Positions 27,270 through 36,554 of a DNA stretch of 64,000 nt are shown piece after piece. Position 1 is the stretch's first letter. Every line of letters begins with the position of its first letter. Source of the stretch: an uncultured bacterium (GTDB lineage: Bacteria > Patescibacteriota > Minisyncoccia > Phycocordibacterales > UBA9973); the NCBI GenBank assembly GCA_903894565.1, contig CAITQP010000004.1, positions 9,957 to 73,956 on the forward strand, in the 5' to 3' direction. The position numbers and the translations under genes were made by a program. Below the pieces are notes generated by a model. It saw only the letters and a list, made by a program, of their open reading frames with translations, was not told the origin of the DNA and did no database searches.

Positions 27270-30200
27270 CTATTTCAAAACACGAGCAAGCACGGTCGCT
27301 CCCGCGACCTCTATCGCCTCTCCGTTCTCGAGTGAATCAACAAACACAATCTCGCGAGTAAGCACAGTCTTTTTCATTTCCGTTTCAAATGAAGCAACAA
27401 TATCTTTTGCATTCATCGAGAGCGTGAGCGTCACCACGTCGCTTGGTGTGAGTCCTTCTTTCTTGCGCAAATCCTGTACACCACGTACGAGCTCGCGGTA
27501 TTCACCTTCAAGTTTTAACACTGGGGTTATAACAGTATCAAGTTCTTGCTTTATTTCTTTTCCAACTGTAAATACAATCTCCTTTACATTTAACTCATCC
27601 TGGGCAATTTTTTTGTAATCATCAGACAAGTTGAGATCAAGAATAGAGAAAACTGAAAATTTTTGAAGTGGCTGTCGAACTTTTATACCCGCTCTCTGGC
27701 GTTCTTCAAGGCCAAGCGTAACAACCTGACGAAGATGTTTCATTTTTTCAATACTATGTAAGTTAAACTCGCTCGATGTTGGCCATTCAGTCAAATGCAC
27801 AGAACTAGCACTGTCTCCATGCTTCAAGCGTTGCCAAATATCTTCGGCGGTAAATGGTGCGAACGGTGCAAGCAATTTCGCGACTGTCGTAAACACAACA
27901 TACAATGTTTTCTTTGCATCGGTTTCGCCATCCTTGATGCGTTCGCGTGAGCGACGCAGGTACCATGTCGAAAGATCATCAACAAACAAATCGAATGGTC
28001 GTGTTGATTCAGTCATATCATATGCCTCCATGCCCTTCGTCACGTCAGCGACCAATTCGCCGAGACGTGAAAGGATCCACACATCGAGTACATTTTTTGC
28101 TTCAAACGAACCAATATCTTTCTCAAGATCCATATCGCGATAGAGCTCGTAGAATGTGAGCACATTTTGCAATCGGCCGATGAGTTTCGAAGCAATATCT
28201 TGCACAGCTTTTTCAGAGAAGTTTGCATCTTCACCTTTCATGAGTGGACTCGACATGAGGTACAAACGAAGTGGGTCTACGCCATATTTGTTGAACAATA
28301 TCCACGGGTCAGGATAATTGCCTTTTGACTTTGACATTTTTTGTCCGTCTTCGGCGAGTAATGTTCCTGTCGTCACGACATGCTTGAATGGTGCCGCGTC
28401 AAAAAGAATCGTCGAAACTGCATGAGTGTAATAGAACCACGTACGTGTTTGAGCAATATATTCAGCAACAAATCCTGCAGGGAAATTTTCTGTCTGCCAG
28501 TTTGGTCGCTCGAACGGATAATGATCTTGCGCGAACGGCATTGAGCCAGATTCAAACCAACAGTCGATGACTTCACTGATACGCGTGTAGAGAGTCCCTG
28601 CTTCATCAACAAGTTTGATCGAGTCAATATATGGTCGGTGCAAATCGAGTTCGTAACTCGCGTTGTGTGGGAGCGGCACGAATGCAAGCTCGCGCACTTC
28701 ACCAGGCTGAATGCGTTTCAAATTGAATACATCAAAGAGAATTTCGAGTGAGCGCGCATTGTCCGCACCTTGAATAAGCGCAGCGGTCGTTTCAAAGAAA
28801 ATGCCGTGCGTTACGATCAGAATTGTTTCATTCGCATACTTCGATTCAAGTTCGTAGAGGAAATCACCAAAACGTTTTTTGGTTTCGAGCAGTGACGACG
28901 CACCGAGTGGTTCGGTATAATCTTTCACATTGTTCTTACGATAGTCGATGAATTCCTGAAATGGTTTTCCATTCCATTCACCAAAATCATATTCGCGAAG
29001 TCGCTCGTCAGTCACGATATCTTCACGTGCGATACCAAGAATATCTGCAACGATTTGTGCAGTCTCTTGTGTTCGAACGAGTGGTGAGGCAAAAATCTTT
29101 GTGACCTTACGCGCCTTCAATTCTTCGGCGCGACTTGTGGCCTCGTTTCTTCCCTGCTCGGTGAGTGGGTACGTATCATTCTCGAGACTCGCCATGACTT
29201 GTGCCACCATATGTTCGGCATGACCATGACGCATTGCGAGATACGTGTTGCCAGATTTTTTGGTCTTGGATTTTAAGTCTTCAACCGATGAGACAAACAA
29301 GAATTTTCCTTCGTTAGACTTCCAAAATGGAAGCGGGCTTGCCCAGTAACGATTGCGTGAGATGTTCCAATCTGGCGCAGATTCCATTGTATTCTTGAAG
29401 CGACCTTCTTTGAGGTGTTCAGGAATCCATGCCATATCTTTGGCAGTCTCAAGCATGCGCGCTTTGGCCTTTTGAATATTCACAAACCAACTTGGCAATG
29501 CGTAATAGAAAAGTGGAGTCTCACAGCGATAACAGTGCGGATATGAGTGCATGATCTTTTCTTTTTTAAAGAGAAGACCTTTGGCCGCGAGATATTTGAT
29601 GATCTCAATATCTGCTTTCATGTGACCATCTTTTTCTGCCGATTTTGGCTTGATCGCCATACCTGCGAAGTCGGTGACCTCCGGAGCGAACTTCCCTTCT
29701 GGCGTGACGTGCACGATGAATGGAATATTTTCTTTCTGGGCGAGTGTGGCATCATCTTCACCAAAGGCTGGTGCTTCGTGTGCGATACCAGTACCGTCAG
29801 TCGTTGTTACGAAATCTGCCGCGACAACGGTCCACGATTTTGGATTCGCGAGGAGCGCCTCACCTTTTGTATAGTAATCAAATGGTGGTGTATATTTTTT
29901 GCCGATGAGTGCTGTGCCAGAAAATTCTTCCACAATCTCAAACGGCTTTTCTTTGAGCACTGCTTCTGCGCGATCCTTTGCGAGCACGTATGATTTGCCA
30001 CTTGAATCACCCGCGATTTTGACTTTGACATAGCGCGCCTCAGCATTGACTGCAAGTACGATGTCTCCCGGGAGCGACCACGGTGTCGTCGTCCATCCGA
30101 TCAAATTCACATTTGGATCTTCCACGAGTGGAAAATTTACGTAGACAGAAATATCAGCAATGTCCTTGTAACTATTGTCCATCGCAATTTCAGATTTTGC

Positions 30201-30764
30201 GATTGGTGTCTCACAGCGCGGACAATATGCGAGCACGCGCACACCTTCATAGATGAGACCTTTTTTGTTGAGTTCGCCAAGCGACCACCAAACACTTTCG
30301 ATGAAACTATTGTCCATCGTCTTGTATGAACCATCAAAATCTACCCAGCGACCAATGCGCTCGACAGTGCGCTTCCAATCGTGCACATACGTGAGCACTT
30401 TGCTTCGTGCATGTTCGACGAATTTTTCTACGCCGAGTGCTTCGATTTCTTTGTGACCAGAGAGTCCCAAATCTTTTTCAACGATGTTTTCAATCGGCAA
30501 TCCGTGACAATCCCATCCCCAGCGGCGTGGCACGCGAAAACCCTGCATCGTTTGGTAACGACCAATTACATCTTTGGCCGTTGAACCGAGAATATGTCCG
30601 TAGTGCGGAAGTCCGGTCGCGAACGGCGGACCATCGTAGAAAACGTAGTTCCCTTTTGGCGCGTCTTTGGTGAGCGACTTTTCAAACGTCTTGTTGTCGC
30701 GCCAAAATTGCATGATCTTTTCTTCTTTTTCTGCGGCTGGGGATTTTTTGATTTCTTCGGACAT
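27270..30764 (-). CDS. ileS: Isoleucine--tRNA ligase type 2 with inserted histidine-phosphatase domain
   Basis: DGPPFATGLPHYGH, GWDCHGLP, WTTTPW, WNISRNRYW, KMSKSKGN; internal RHG...SPLVRT...LRE...VTHG domain. Confidence 0.97.
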   Translation of the reverse strand: MSEEIKKSPAAEKEEKIMQFWRDNKTFEKSLTKDAPKGNYVFYDGPPFATGLPHYGHILGSTAKDVIGRYQTMQGFRVPRRWGWDCHGLPIENIVEKDLGLSGHKEIEALGVEKFVEHARSKVLTYVHDWKRTVERIGRWVDFDGSYKTMDNSFIESVWWSLGELNKKGLIYEGVRVLAYCPRCETPIAKSEIAMDNSYKDIADISVYVNFPLVEDPNVNLIGWTTTPWSLPGDIVLAVNAEARYVKVKIAGDSSGKSYVLAKDRAEAVLKEKPFEIVEEFSGTALIGKKYTPPFDYYTKGEALLANPKSWTVVAADFVTTTDGTGIAHEAPAFGEDDATLAQKENIPFIVHVTPEGKFAPEVTDFAGMAIKPKSAEKDGHMKADIEIIKYLAAKGLLFKKEKIMHSYPHCYRCETPLFYYALPSWFVNIQKAKARMLETAKDMAWIPEHLKEGRFKNTMESAPDWNISRNRYWASPLPFWKSNEGKFLFVSSVEDLKSKTKKSGNTYLAMRHGHAEHMVAQVMASLENDTYPLTEQGRNEATSRAEELKARKVTKIFASPLVRTQETAQIVADILGIAREDIVTDERLREYDFGEWNGKPFQEFIDYRKNNVKDYTEPLGASSLLETKKRFGDFLYELESKYANETILIVTHGIFFETTAALIQGADNARSLEILFDVFNLKRIQPGEVRELAFVPLPHNASYELDLHRPYIDSIKLVDEAGTLYTRISEVIDCWFESGSMPFAQDHYPFERPNWQTENFPAGFVAEYIAQTRTWFYYTHAVSTILFDAAPFKHVVTTGTLLAEDGQKMSKSKGNYPDPWILFNKYGVDPLRLYLMSSPLMKGEDANFSEKAVQDIASKLIGRLQNVLTFYELYRDMDLEKDIGSFEAKNVLDVWILSRLGELVADVTKGMEAYDMTESTRPFDLFVDDLSTWYLRRSRERIKDGETDAKKTLYVVFTTVAKLLAPFAPFTAEDIWQRLKHGDSASSVHLTEWPTSSEFNLHSIEKMKHLRQVVTLGLEERQRAGIKVRQPLQKFSVFSILDLNLSDDYKKIAQDELNVKEIVFTVGKEIKQELDTVITPVLKLEGEYRELVRGVQDLRKKEGLTPSDVVTLTLSMNAKDIVASFETEMKKTVLTREIVFVDSLENGEAIEVAGATVLARVLK

Positions 30765-30804
30765 ATATTTTGATTGCTATCGTTAATAATTGATCGTAAT
30801 GGGT

Positions 30805-30997
30805 AAATAAAAAACTCGTCTCCGTACAGCAGAATTCTGCCATACAAGGACGAGCTTTCAATCGCATCGTGGTACCACCTTGCTTCCCCTTTCGGGCTTA
30901 TTTATGAGTCTGTGACGGGACATCCCGCTAGGGTCTATATCCGCATATCAGGCGAATTTCTTCCTAGAAGCTCCGAGGTGATGGCCTCATCAACGCT
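30805..30997 (-). ncRNA. Ile T-box riboswitch (ultrashort Stem I, AUC specifier, antiterminator and terminator)
   Basis: Minus strand: Stem I AGCGUUGAU-GAGG-CCAUCA-CCUC-GGAGCU; T-box AAGCAAGGUGGUACCACG...CGUCCUU; terminator CUCGUC...GACGAG-UUUUUUAUUU; directly upstream of ileS. Confidence 0.92.
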
Positions 30998-31006
30998 TGT
31001 AATCAC

Positions 31007-31035
31007 AGATTACCACAGCAACATTGACTAATCAA
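31007..31035 (-). promoter_or_regulatory. Promoter for the T-box/ileS transcript (TTGATT-N17-TAATCT)
   Basis: -35 at 31030-31035, -10 at 31007-31012 with upstream TG, about 10 nt before Stem I. Confidence 0.6.
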
Positions 31036-31120
31036 ATAAAGGAGAGTAGTTTTATTTATAAGGAATGTTCTTCTAATTACAAAGCGTCTGTCGGACAGAG
31101 AAATGCCGTGATAATAAGAT

Positions 31121-31156
31121 AAGCCCCGCCTCCCAACTCTATTGGAGGCTTTTTTA
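31121..31156. terminator. Hairpin just downstream of argS, U-tract on the plus strand
   Basis: gcctcccaactctattggaggc-tttttt. Confidence 0.6.
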
Positions 31157-31159
31157 TTA

Positions 31160-32920
31160 CTACATCTTCTCTGGAGTTTCGATACCAAGCAAAGACAAAC
31201 CATTTTTCATGGTTGTGCGGAACGCTTCGGTGAGTGCGAGTTTGTATGGAGATGTTGAGTCTTCAGCATTTACGATTTGTTCTTTGCCGTAGAATGCATT
31301 GAAGAGCGCTGAGAGTTCGATGAGGTATGTTGCGATCGCACTTGGTGCTAGTTCGGCTCCTGCGCGCGACACAATCTCTGGGAATCGATACAAATATTTT
31401 TCAAGATCAGTCGTCTGCCAACCGTCAGGTACCGTGCCATCAAAATCAGCAATTTCCTTTTTGCCTTTTTCAACGACTGATCCCGCGCGCACAGTTGAGT
31501 ATTCAAGATATGGACCCGTGTCCCCTTCGAGTCGAAGTGCGTCGCTCAAATCAAATGCGATATCTGTCATACGTCCTGCTTTCAAAATACCAAAAGCAAT
31601 AGCTGAGTGCGCGAGCATCTCCCCTGTTGATTCAAGCATTGATGCGTCAATTCGATCGCGCATGAGTGCGATTATTTTTTCTTTGGCTTCATCAATAACA
31701 TCGTCGAGATAGATCACATTGCCCGTACGTGAACTCATTTTGCCCTCACCCTTGATGCTCATGTAACCATATGGAACATGGAGGAATTCTGCGCGTTTGC
31801 CGATACCGAGCTGTTCGCAGATAGCGAAGAGTTGTTGCATCGCGAGTGACTGCTCTGGACCGATGATCCAAATCATTTTGCTAGCGTTATGCTTTTTCTT
31901 CTTCATGTCGGTAAGCGCGAGATCTTGCGTGATGTAGAGCGCAGTGCCGTCTTTTTTTACAACAACAGTGTCGGTAAGCCCCATACTTTCGAGATCTGAA
32001 AGAATCGCTCCGTCCTCGAGCTTTTTGAACACACCTTGAGAGAGACCTGTCTCAACAAATTTCTTGCCTTCTTCGTAGTGCTCGTGTTCATGCCAGACAA
32101 AATCAAATTTCGCACCGAGACGTGCAAGTGTTTTTTTCTGACCTGCGTATGCGTACGACAATACTTTTTCCCAGAGCTTCCAGACAGTCGCATCTTTGTT
32201 TTCCCAGCGCACAACGAGATCACGCACGGCAGTTTCATTTTCAGGATTCTCACATTCAGTTGCGCCTTTGACATACAGTTCGTCGACGAAACGATCAGGG
32301 CGCATACCTGCTTCTTCAGGAGTATTCCATTCACTCTCGTGCTCAGCCCAATATGCGATATCGGTGACACGTGTGCCGTCTTTCTTTGCCGAGACGAGAT
32401 AGCCCCACATGAGTTTGGCGATCGCGATTCCGCGATTGTTGTCTACCATTTCGCGAATAACTTTTGCGCCGTTCGCTTCAAGAATCGCACAGAGCGAAAC
32501 TCCAGTAAGCACATTACGCAAATGACCAAGGTGCATTGCCTTGTTTGGATTCGGTGATGCGTACTCTATCGCCCACACTTGATTCTGGAATTGGTTTGTC
32601 TTTCCGTATGATTCTTTGTGTGCGAGAATATCGACTACTGAATCAGTGAAGAATTTTTTTGAGAGATGAAAATTGATAAATCCTGGACCCGCGATTGTTA
32701 TTGATTCAATTTCGGGAACAACATTTTTTGAAATTTCGGCGACAATTTTTTCGGCGAGGGCGCGAGGGTTTGTTTGCGCGGCTTTGGCGTACGCCAAAGC
32801 CGCGCTCGTTGAATAGTCACCATGAGCAAGTTCAGCAGGATGCTCAAGCACAATACCATCGGGCGTGATGCCAAGATTTGTAAGTGCGTCGCGCAGTAAT
32901 GTCTCGATTTTTTCTTTCAT
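31160..32920 (-). CDS. argS: Arginine--tRNA ligase
   Basis: GDYST, IAGPGFINF, EYASPNPNKAMHLGHLRN, KMSSRTG, GDTGPYLEY, PEKM C-terminus. Confidence 0.97.
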   Translation of the reverse strand: MKEKIETLLRDALTNLGITPDGIVLEHPAELAHGDYSTSAALAYAKAAQTNPRALAEKIVAEISKNVVPEIESITIAGPGFINFHLSKKFFTDSVVDILAHKESYGKTNQFQNQVWAIEYASPNPNKAMHLGHLRNVLTGVSLCAILEANGAKVIREMVDNNRGIAIAKLMWGYLVSAKKDGTRVTDIAYWAEHESEWNTPEEAGMRPDRFVDELYVKGATECENPENETAVRDLVVRWENKDATVWKLWEKVLSYAYAGQKKTLARLGAKFDFVWHEHEHYEEGKKFVETGLSQGVFKKLEDGAILSDLESMGLTDTVVVKKDGTALYITQDLALTDMKKKKHNASKMIWIIGPEQSLAMQQLFAICEQLGIGKRAEFLHVPYGYMSIKGEGKMSSRTGNVIYLDDVIDEAKEKIIALMRDRIDASMLESTGEMLAHSAIAFGILKAGRMTDIAFDLSDALRLEGDTGPYLEYSTVRAGSVVEKGKKEIADFDGTVPDGWQTTDLEKYLYRFPEIVSRAGAELAPSAIATYLIELSALFNAFYGKEQIVNAEDSTSPYKLALTEAFRTTMKNGLSLLGIETPEKM

Positions 32921-32924
32921 AGTG

Positions 32925-33347
32925 TTATTGCTTCCCCGTCGAACCAAACCGTCCGTCTCCACGCTCTGATTCACTCAATCTATCAGTTTCTTCGAGTTCT
33001 GCAATAGCTACGGGGAAAATCACAATCTGACTGACCTTGTCTCCGGTCTCCACGGTATATGGTGCATCACCCAAATTCACAAGATGCGTATTGTATTCTC
33101 CTCGATACCCAGCATCATAGACACCACCCATCGTGTGTAGTCCAGCCTTTGAAATACTGCCTTTGTCTTTGACGATAGCAGCAAATCCTTCTGGGAATTC
33201 GAGCGCGAAACCGTGCCAAAATCGGTGATGTGCACCAGGAGCAATCGTGACCGTCTCCATCGCGTACATGTCGAGACCAACGTCACCTGGCCGAGCGTAG
33301 CTCGGCAATTTTGCATCTTCTTTTAATTTTTTGATTTTGATTTTCAT
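32925..33347 (-). CDS. dut: dUTP diphosphatase
   Basis: GDVGLD, GVYDAGYRGE, SERGDGRFGSTG. Confidence 0.95.
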   Translation of the reverse strand: MKIKIKKLKEDAKLPSYARPGDVGLDMYAMETVTIAPGAHHRFWHGFALEFPEGFAAIVKDKGSISKAGLHTMGGVYDAGYRGEYNTHLVNLGDAPYTVETGDKVSQIVIFPVAIAELEETDRLSESERGDGRFGSTGKQ

Positions 33348-33352
33348 AGTAT

Positions 33353-33949
33353 TTAAATCCCAAACTTCTCTCGAAAATGTTCCGCGCCTTGTTCAGCATA
33401 ATCATACACGTAACTTGCCCGCTTATCGAGCGCGTTGATGAATGTCAGCATTTCTCCTTGCCCAAACACTGGCAATTTCAAATTACGCGCGAGTACTTCC
33501 AATTTCTGCTTCGCTTCTGTCGCCTCACTCCCCGTCTTCACAAGCATTTCGGCTTCGTAATAAAAAAGGTCTTCGCCCGGATCGACGAGTTTGAATTCTG
33601 CACCACCGTAGCGAGCGTGAAACGATTCGCGGACACACACGAGCGCTTTCATATATCCGAGCGAAGCAAAGAGCTTCACTGCATTTGTAAATTCACCTTT
33701 CTGAAGTGCGACTTCATGTTCCTCACGTACTACAAAGTCGCTAGATTTCCCAGTCTTCACAACGACAACAGGTACATCGTTTTTTTGTTTTAAACTAATC
33801 GCAATCGTGCGTGATTCATACGGCTCACGTGAATAATCAACGACAATGCGCTTCTCTGTGCGCACGCCGTCCCCTGCCGTCTCAAGCAATTTCTTGATAC
33901 GCACATAATCTTTGCGCGCGAGCGGACCACGGATCAGAACTTCGATCAT
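33353..33949 (-). CDS. CYTH-domain (class IV adenylate cyclase/triphosphate tunnel-like) protein, degenerate
   Basis: MIEVLIR, VREEHEV, FASLGY, FYYEAE follow the CYTH layout, but the ExExK motif is altered. Confidence 0.6.
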   Translation of the reverse strand: MIEVLIRGPLARKDYVRIKKLLETAGDGVRTEKRIVVDYSREPYESRTIAISLKQKNDVPVVVVKTGKSSDFVVREEHEVALQKGEFTNAVKLFASLGYMKALVCVRESFHARYGGAEFKLVDPGEDLFYYEAEMLVKTGSEATEAKQKLEVLARNLKLPVFGQGEMLTFINALDKRASYVYDYAEQGAEHFREKFGI

Positions 33950-34638
33950 TTCGTGATTTGTTTTTTAACCTGCTCATAAATCTGCTCGTGAATGTCTTCG
34001 CGCGGAAGTATCACGCCCGTTGGTGCACATTCAATCTTCTTCCAATTTTTTTCTCGCTCGACGAGCCACAGCGCACTCTTCTGAGAATTTTTCAAGAATG
34101 TCATATCTGTCTCATGCACATCTTTTTTTGTGCCGAGATATGCGCGTGCATGCTCGATGTTTCTCTCTGCGAGCAATTTCTCCACGATCTTCATCGGCAC
34201 GTTGAGATAGAAAACGAGATTTGGTTTTGGAATCTTGAACACATCGTATTCCATTGTCGCAAGCCATTCCATAAACTCAGCGCGCTTTTTTGGATTCGCA
34301 ATTTTGCCTCCCTGATGAATTTGGTTTGCCGAGACGTAGCGATTCGCAAGTACGACATATCCTGCCTTGAGCCATTTCTCAATCTTTGCCTTTGATTCAA
34401 AACGATCTGCCGCGTAGACGATTGAGGCGATCTTTGGATGGATGTTCACCCAATTGTAATACTGCTCACTGAGACAGTGCCCGAGAAACTCGCCAAAGAA
34501 ATTGTCGTAATACTCAGGAAAATCAACGATTTTGACCGAATACCCTTCCTTCGAAAGACGCTTCTTCAAAAGCTCAATTTGCGTAGCCTTGCCTGAGCCA
34601 TCCGTGCCGTCGATAACGATGAGTTTGCCGTGCTTCAT
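33946..34638 (-). CDS. tmk: Thymidylate kinase
   Basis: LIVIDGTDGSGKATQ, YAADRF, LANRYVSAN, PKPNLVFYL. Confidence 0.93.
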   Translation of the reverse strand: MKHGKLIVIDGTDGSGKATQIELLKKRLSKEGYSVKIVDFPEYYDNFFGEFLGHCLSEQYYNWVNIHPKIASIVYAADRFESKAKIEKWLKAGYVVLANRYVSANQIHQGGKIANPKKRAEFMEWLATMEYDVFKIPKPNLVFYLNVPMKIVEKLLAERNIEHARAYLGTKKDVHETDMTFLKNSQKSALWLVEREKNWKKIECAPTGVILPREDIHEQIYEQVKKQITK

Positions 34639-34673
34639 ATATACCCCACTGTAGCAGGAAAAGGCAGGTTTTT

Positions 34674-35291
34674 CTACTTCGCCCATGCAAATGTAAAAAT
34701 GTGCTTACGGTACACAGCAATAACCAGAAGAAGATTGACAATCAATAACGAGCCTTGAAAGAATACGTTCTGCACATTCCAAATTGGAATCGCAGGAAAA
34801 ACAAGGAGCGCACTGAGGAGACCGAATGTATAATTTATGCCAGATTCTGTTTCAGGATATTTCCAAGATTTTACAATAGTAGGGAGTGCTGCTGAAAGAT
34901 CTCCAAGTGCAGAAAGGACCACTGCAACACGTGGCGAATCAACGAATAGCCAAGCAATGAGCGCGGCAAGTGAAAAAATTCCACACAGAAAATCAAACGG
35001 AGTAAGTTTCCAATATCCTTGCGGTCGAATCACCACAACAACGAGAAGAATGAGCGGCATGAATCCTGCAAGGAATACGCGCACAAGACTCCATGGATCA
35101 GCATGCGCTGCAAGAGCAGCCGCTGTGCCGAGCAAGGGAGCGATAGTCCACATGGTCCACGTGACCAAATTAGGCTTTATCTTTCCTTGCCATGTGTCAC
35201 GTGTATAGGTTAAAGCACCTGCAATACTAAGGAACGCACTGGCAACGACAAGCCAATGTGCAAACGAGAGCCCAAAATAAATGTGGTTCAT
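34674..35291 (-). CDS. Hypothetical multi-pass membrane protein
   Basis: About seven hydrophobic segments; KPNLVTW and PTIVKSWKYPETE repeats are reminiscent of PQ-loop folds. Confidence 0.7.
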   Translation of the reverse strand: MNHIYFGLSFAHWLVVASAFLSIAGALTYTRDTWQGKIKPNLVTWTMWTIAPLLGTAAALAAHADPWSLVRVFLAGFMPLILLVVVVIRPQGYWKLTPFDFLCGIFSLAALIAWLFVDSPRVAVVLSALGDLSAALPTIVKSWKYPETESGINYTFGLLSALLVFPAIPIWNVQNVFFQGSLLIVNLLLVIAVYRKHIFTFAWAK

Positions 35292-35560
35292 AGTCTTTTT
35301 TCTGCAATTTTATATGCAACTGATCGATGAGCAATGACAAAAATCAAAACCTCTTTTTGTGTCATGCGAAAAATAACACGATAGTCCCCAACCCGAAGCT
35401 TACGATATGCTTTGAGCGCACGCCTCAGTGAAACCCCGTATACCTCAGGGTGTTCAATCAATTTATTGTCGATAGCTTTTTGAATGAGACGCTTCTCTGA
35501 TGTTCCAAGTTTCGGAATATCATTTGTGACAACTCCAATTTGATACCGAATTATATACAT
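35288..35560 (-). CDS. RelE/ParE family toxin
   Basis: 90 aa, basic, YRKLRVGDYRVIF...IAHRSVAY. Confidence 0.9.
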   Translation of the reverse strand: MYIIRYQIGVVTNDIPKLGTSEKRLIQKAIDNKLIEHPEVYGVSLRRALKAYRKLRVGDYRVIFRMTQKEVLIFVIAHRSVAYKIAEKRL

Positions 35561-35563
35561 CCG

Positions 35564-35785
35564 TTACTTCCAGGCTTCTTCATGCGAAATAAATTTCGCG
35601 TTCTTTGTATCACGAGACGATGCAAGCATTTCCCAAACGGAATCTTCTTCCACGAGAAGCGCTGCTTCAATAAGCTCTGCAGCTTTTGTAGCTTCAGGCA
35701 TTTTGTCACGCTTTGCAATTGCAGAAAGCGCCCGATTAAGTTCAGGAGAAAGACTAATATTCAAACGTCGTTTTGTTGTTGCCAT
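35564..35785 (-). CDS. Antitoxin (ribbon-helix-helix N-terminus, acidic C-terminus)
   Basis: KRRLNISLSPEL...AIAKRD; ends ISHEEAWK; immediately upstream of the toxin. Confidence 0.82.
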   Translation of the reverse strand: MATTKRRLNISLSPELNRALSAIAKRDKMPEATKAAELIEAALLVEEDSVWEMLASSRDTKNAKFISHEEAWK

Positions 35786-35794
35786 AGATGATTT

Positions 35795-35825
35795 AAGTGT
35801 ATCAAAAGTGTATCACCTACGTCAA
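35795..35825 (-). promoter_or_regulatory. Toxin-antitoxin promoter TTGACG-N18-TACACT with tandem 10-bp operator repeat
   Basis: aagtgtatca at 35795-35804 and 35806-35815 overlaps the -10 and the spacer. Confidence 0.6.
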
Positions 35826-36553
35826 GCGCTCGTAATCCCGAGATACGTGAGTACCTGCTCCATGTGAGTTATTACCGGTACTTCTGTTGAGCAAACTTGA
35901 ATTGATGTTTCCGTTGAAGCTGGGCTATAGTACAAAGCTTGAATATCAAATTTGAGTGCGCCCTCGACGTCACTCAGTAAGTTGTCTCCAATCATAACCG
36001 CTTCTTCTTTATTTGCCTGCATTCGCTCAAGTGCTATCGCAAATATTTCAGGAGAGGGCTTCGCAAATCCAACAGCTCCTGACGCAATAAGAACATCGAC
36101 CATTTTTTCAATGCCGATTTCTTTTAACTTTGCAGTCTGATAATCCTCTTCCCCATTCGTAACTACGCCGATTTTGTATCCATGTTCCCGCAATGTTGTA
36201 AGCGTCTTGATCGTACCGGGCGTTGCTCGTCTGTCACTGTCATACGCCAATTTATACAGAGTTATGAATTTCTGTAATTCCTCATCCGAAAGATTCACTC
36301 CAAGTTTTTTAAAAAACACTGCGACCCGTTTTTCTTTGGCTTCCACATACGTTATTTTTTTCGCAAGATAATCAACAAATGTTTCGTCGAGTGATTCACG
36401 ATGTAAGTCCATCAGTACCGGCATTGGTTGAGTTCCTAAAATAGGAAATTCGGACTCAAGCACACGAAATGCCCGCTCGAGCGAGTAACTATGATCAGAC
36501 AATGTCTCGTCGAGATCAAAAAGGATCGTCGTAATTATATTTTTCGTATCCAT
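35822..36553 (-). CDS. HAD family hydrolase (YjjG/YfnB-like nucleotidase)
   Basis: LFDLDETL, VVTNG, KPSPEIF, MIGDNLLSDVEGA. Confidence 0.9.
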   Translation of the reverse strand: MDTKNIITTILFDLDETLSDHSYSLERAFRVLESEFPILGTQPMPVLMDLHRESLDETFVDYLAKKITYVEAKEKRVAVFFKKLGVNLSDEELQKFITLYKLAYDSDRRATPGTIKTLTTLREHGYKIGVVTNGEEDYQTAKLKEIGIEKMVDVLIASGAVGFAKPSPEIFAIALERMQANKEEAVMIGDNLLSDVEGALKFDIQALYYSPASTETSIQVCSTEVPVITHMEQVLTYLGITSA

Positions 36554-36554
36554 T

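Noticed and set aside
28680-29250. Intein in IleRS
   Set aside because: No Cys/Ser start or His-Asn end and no homing-endonuclease motifs. The insert is a histidine phosphatase.
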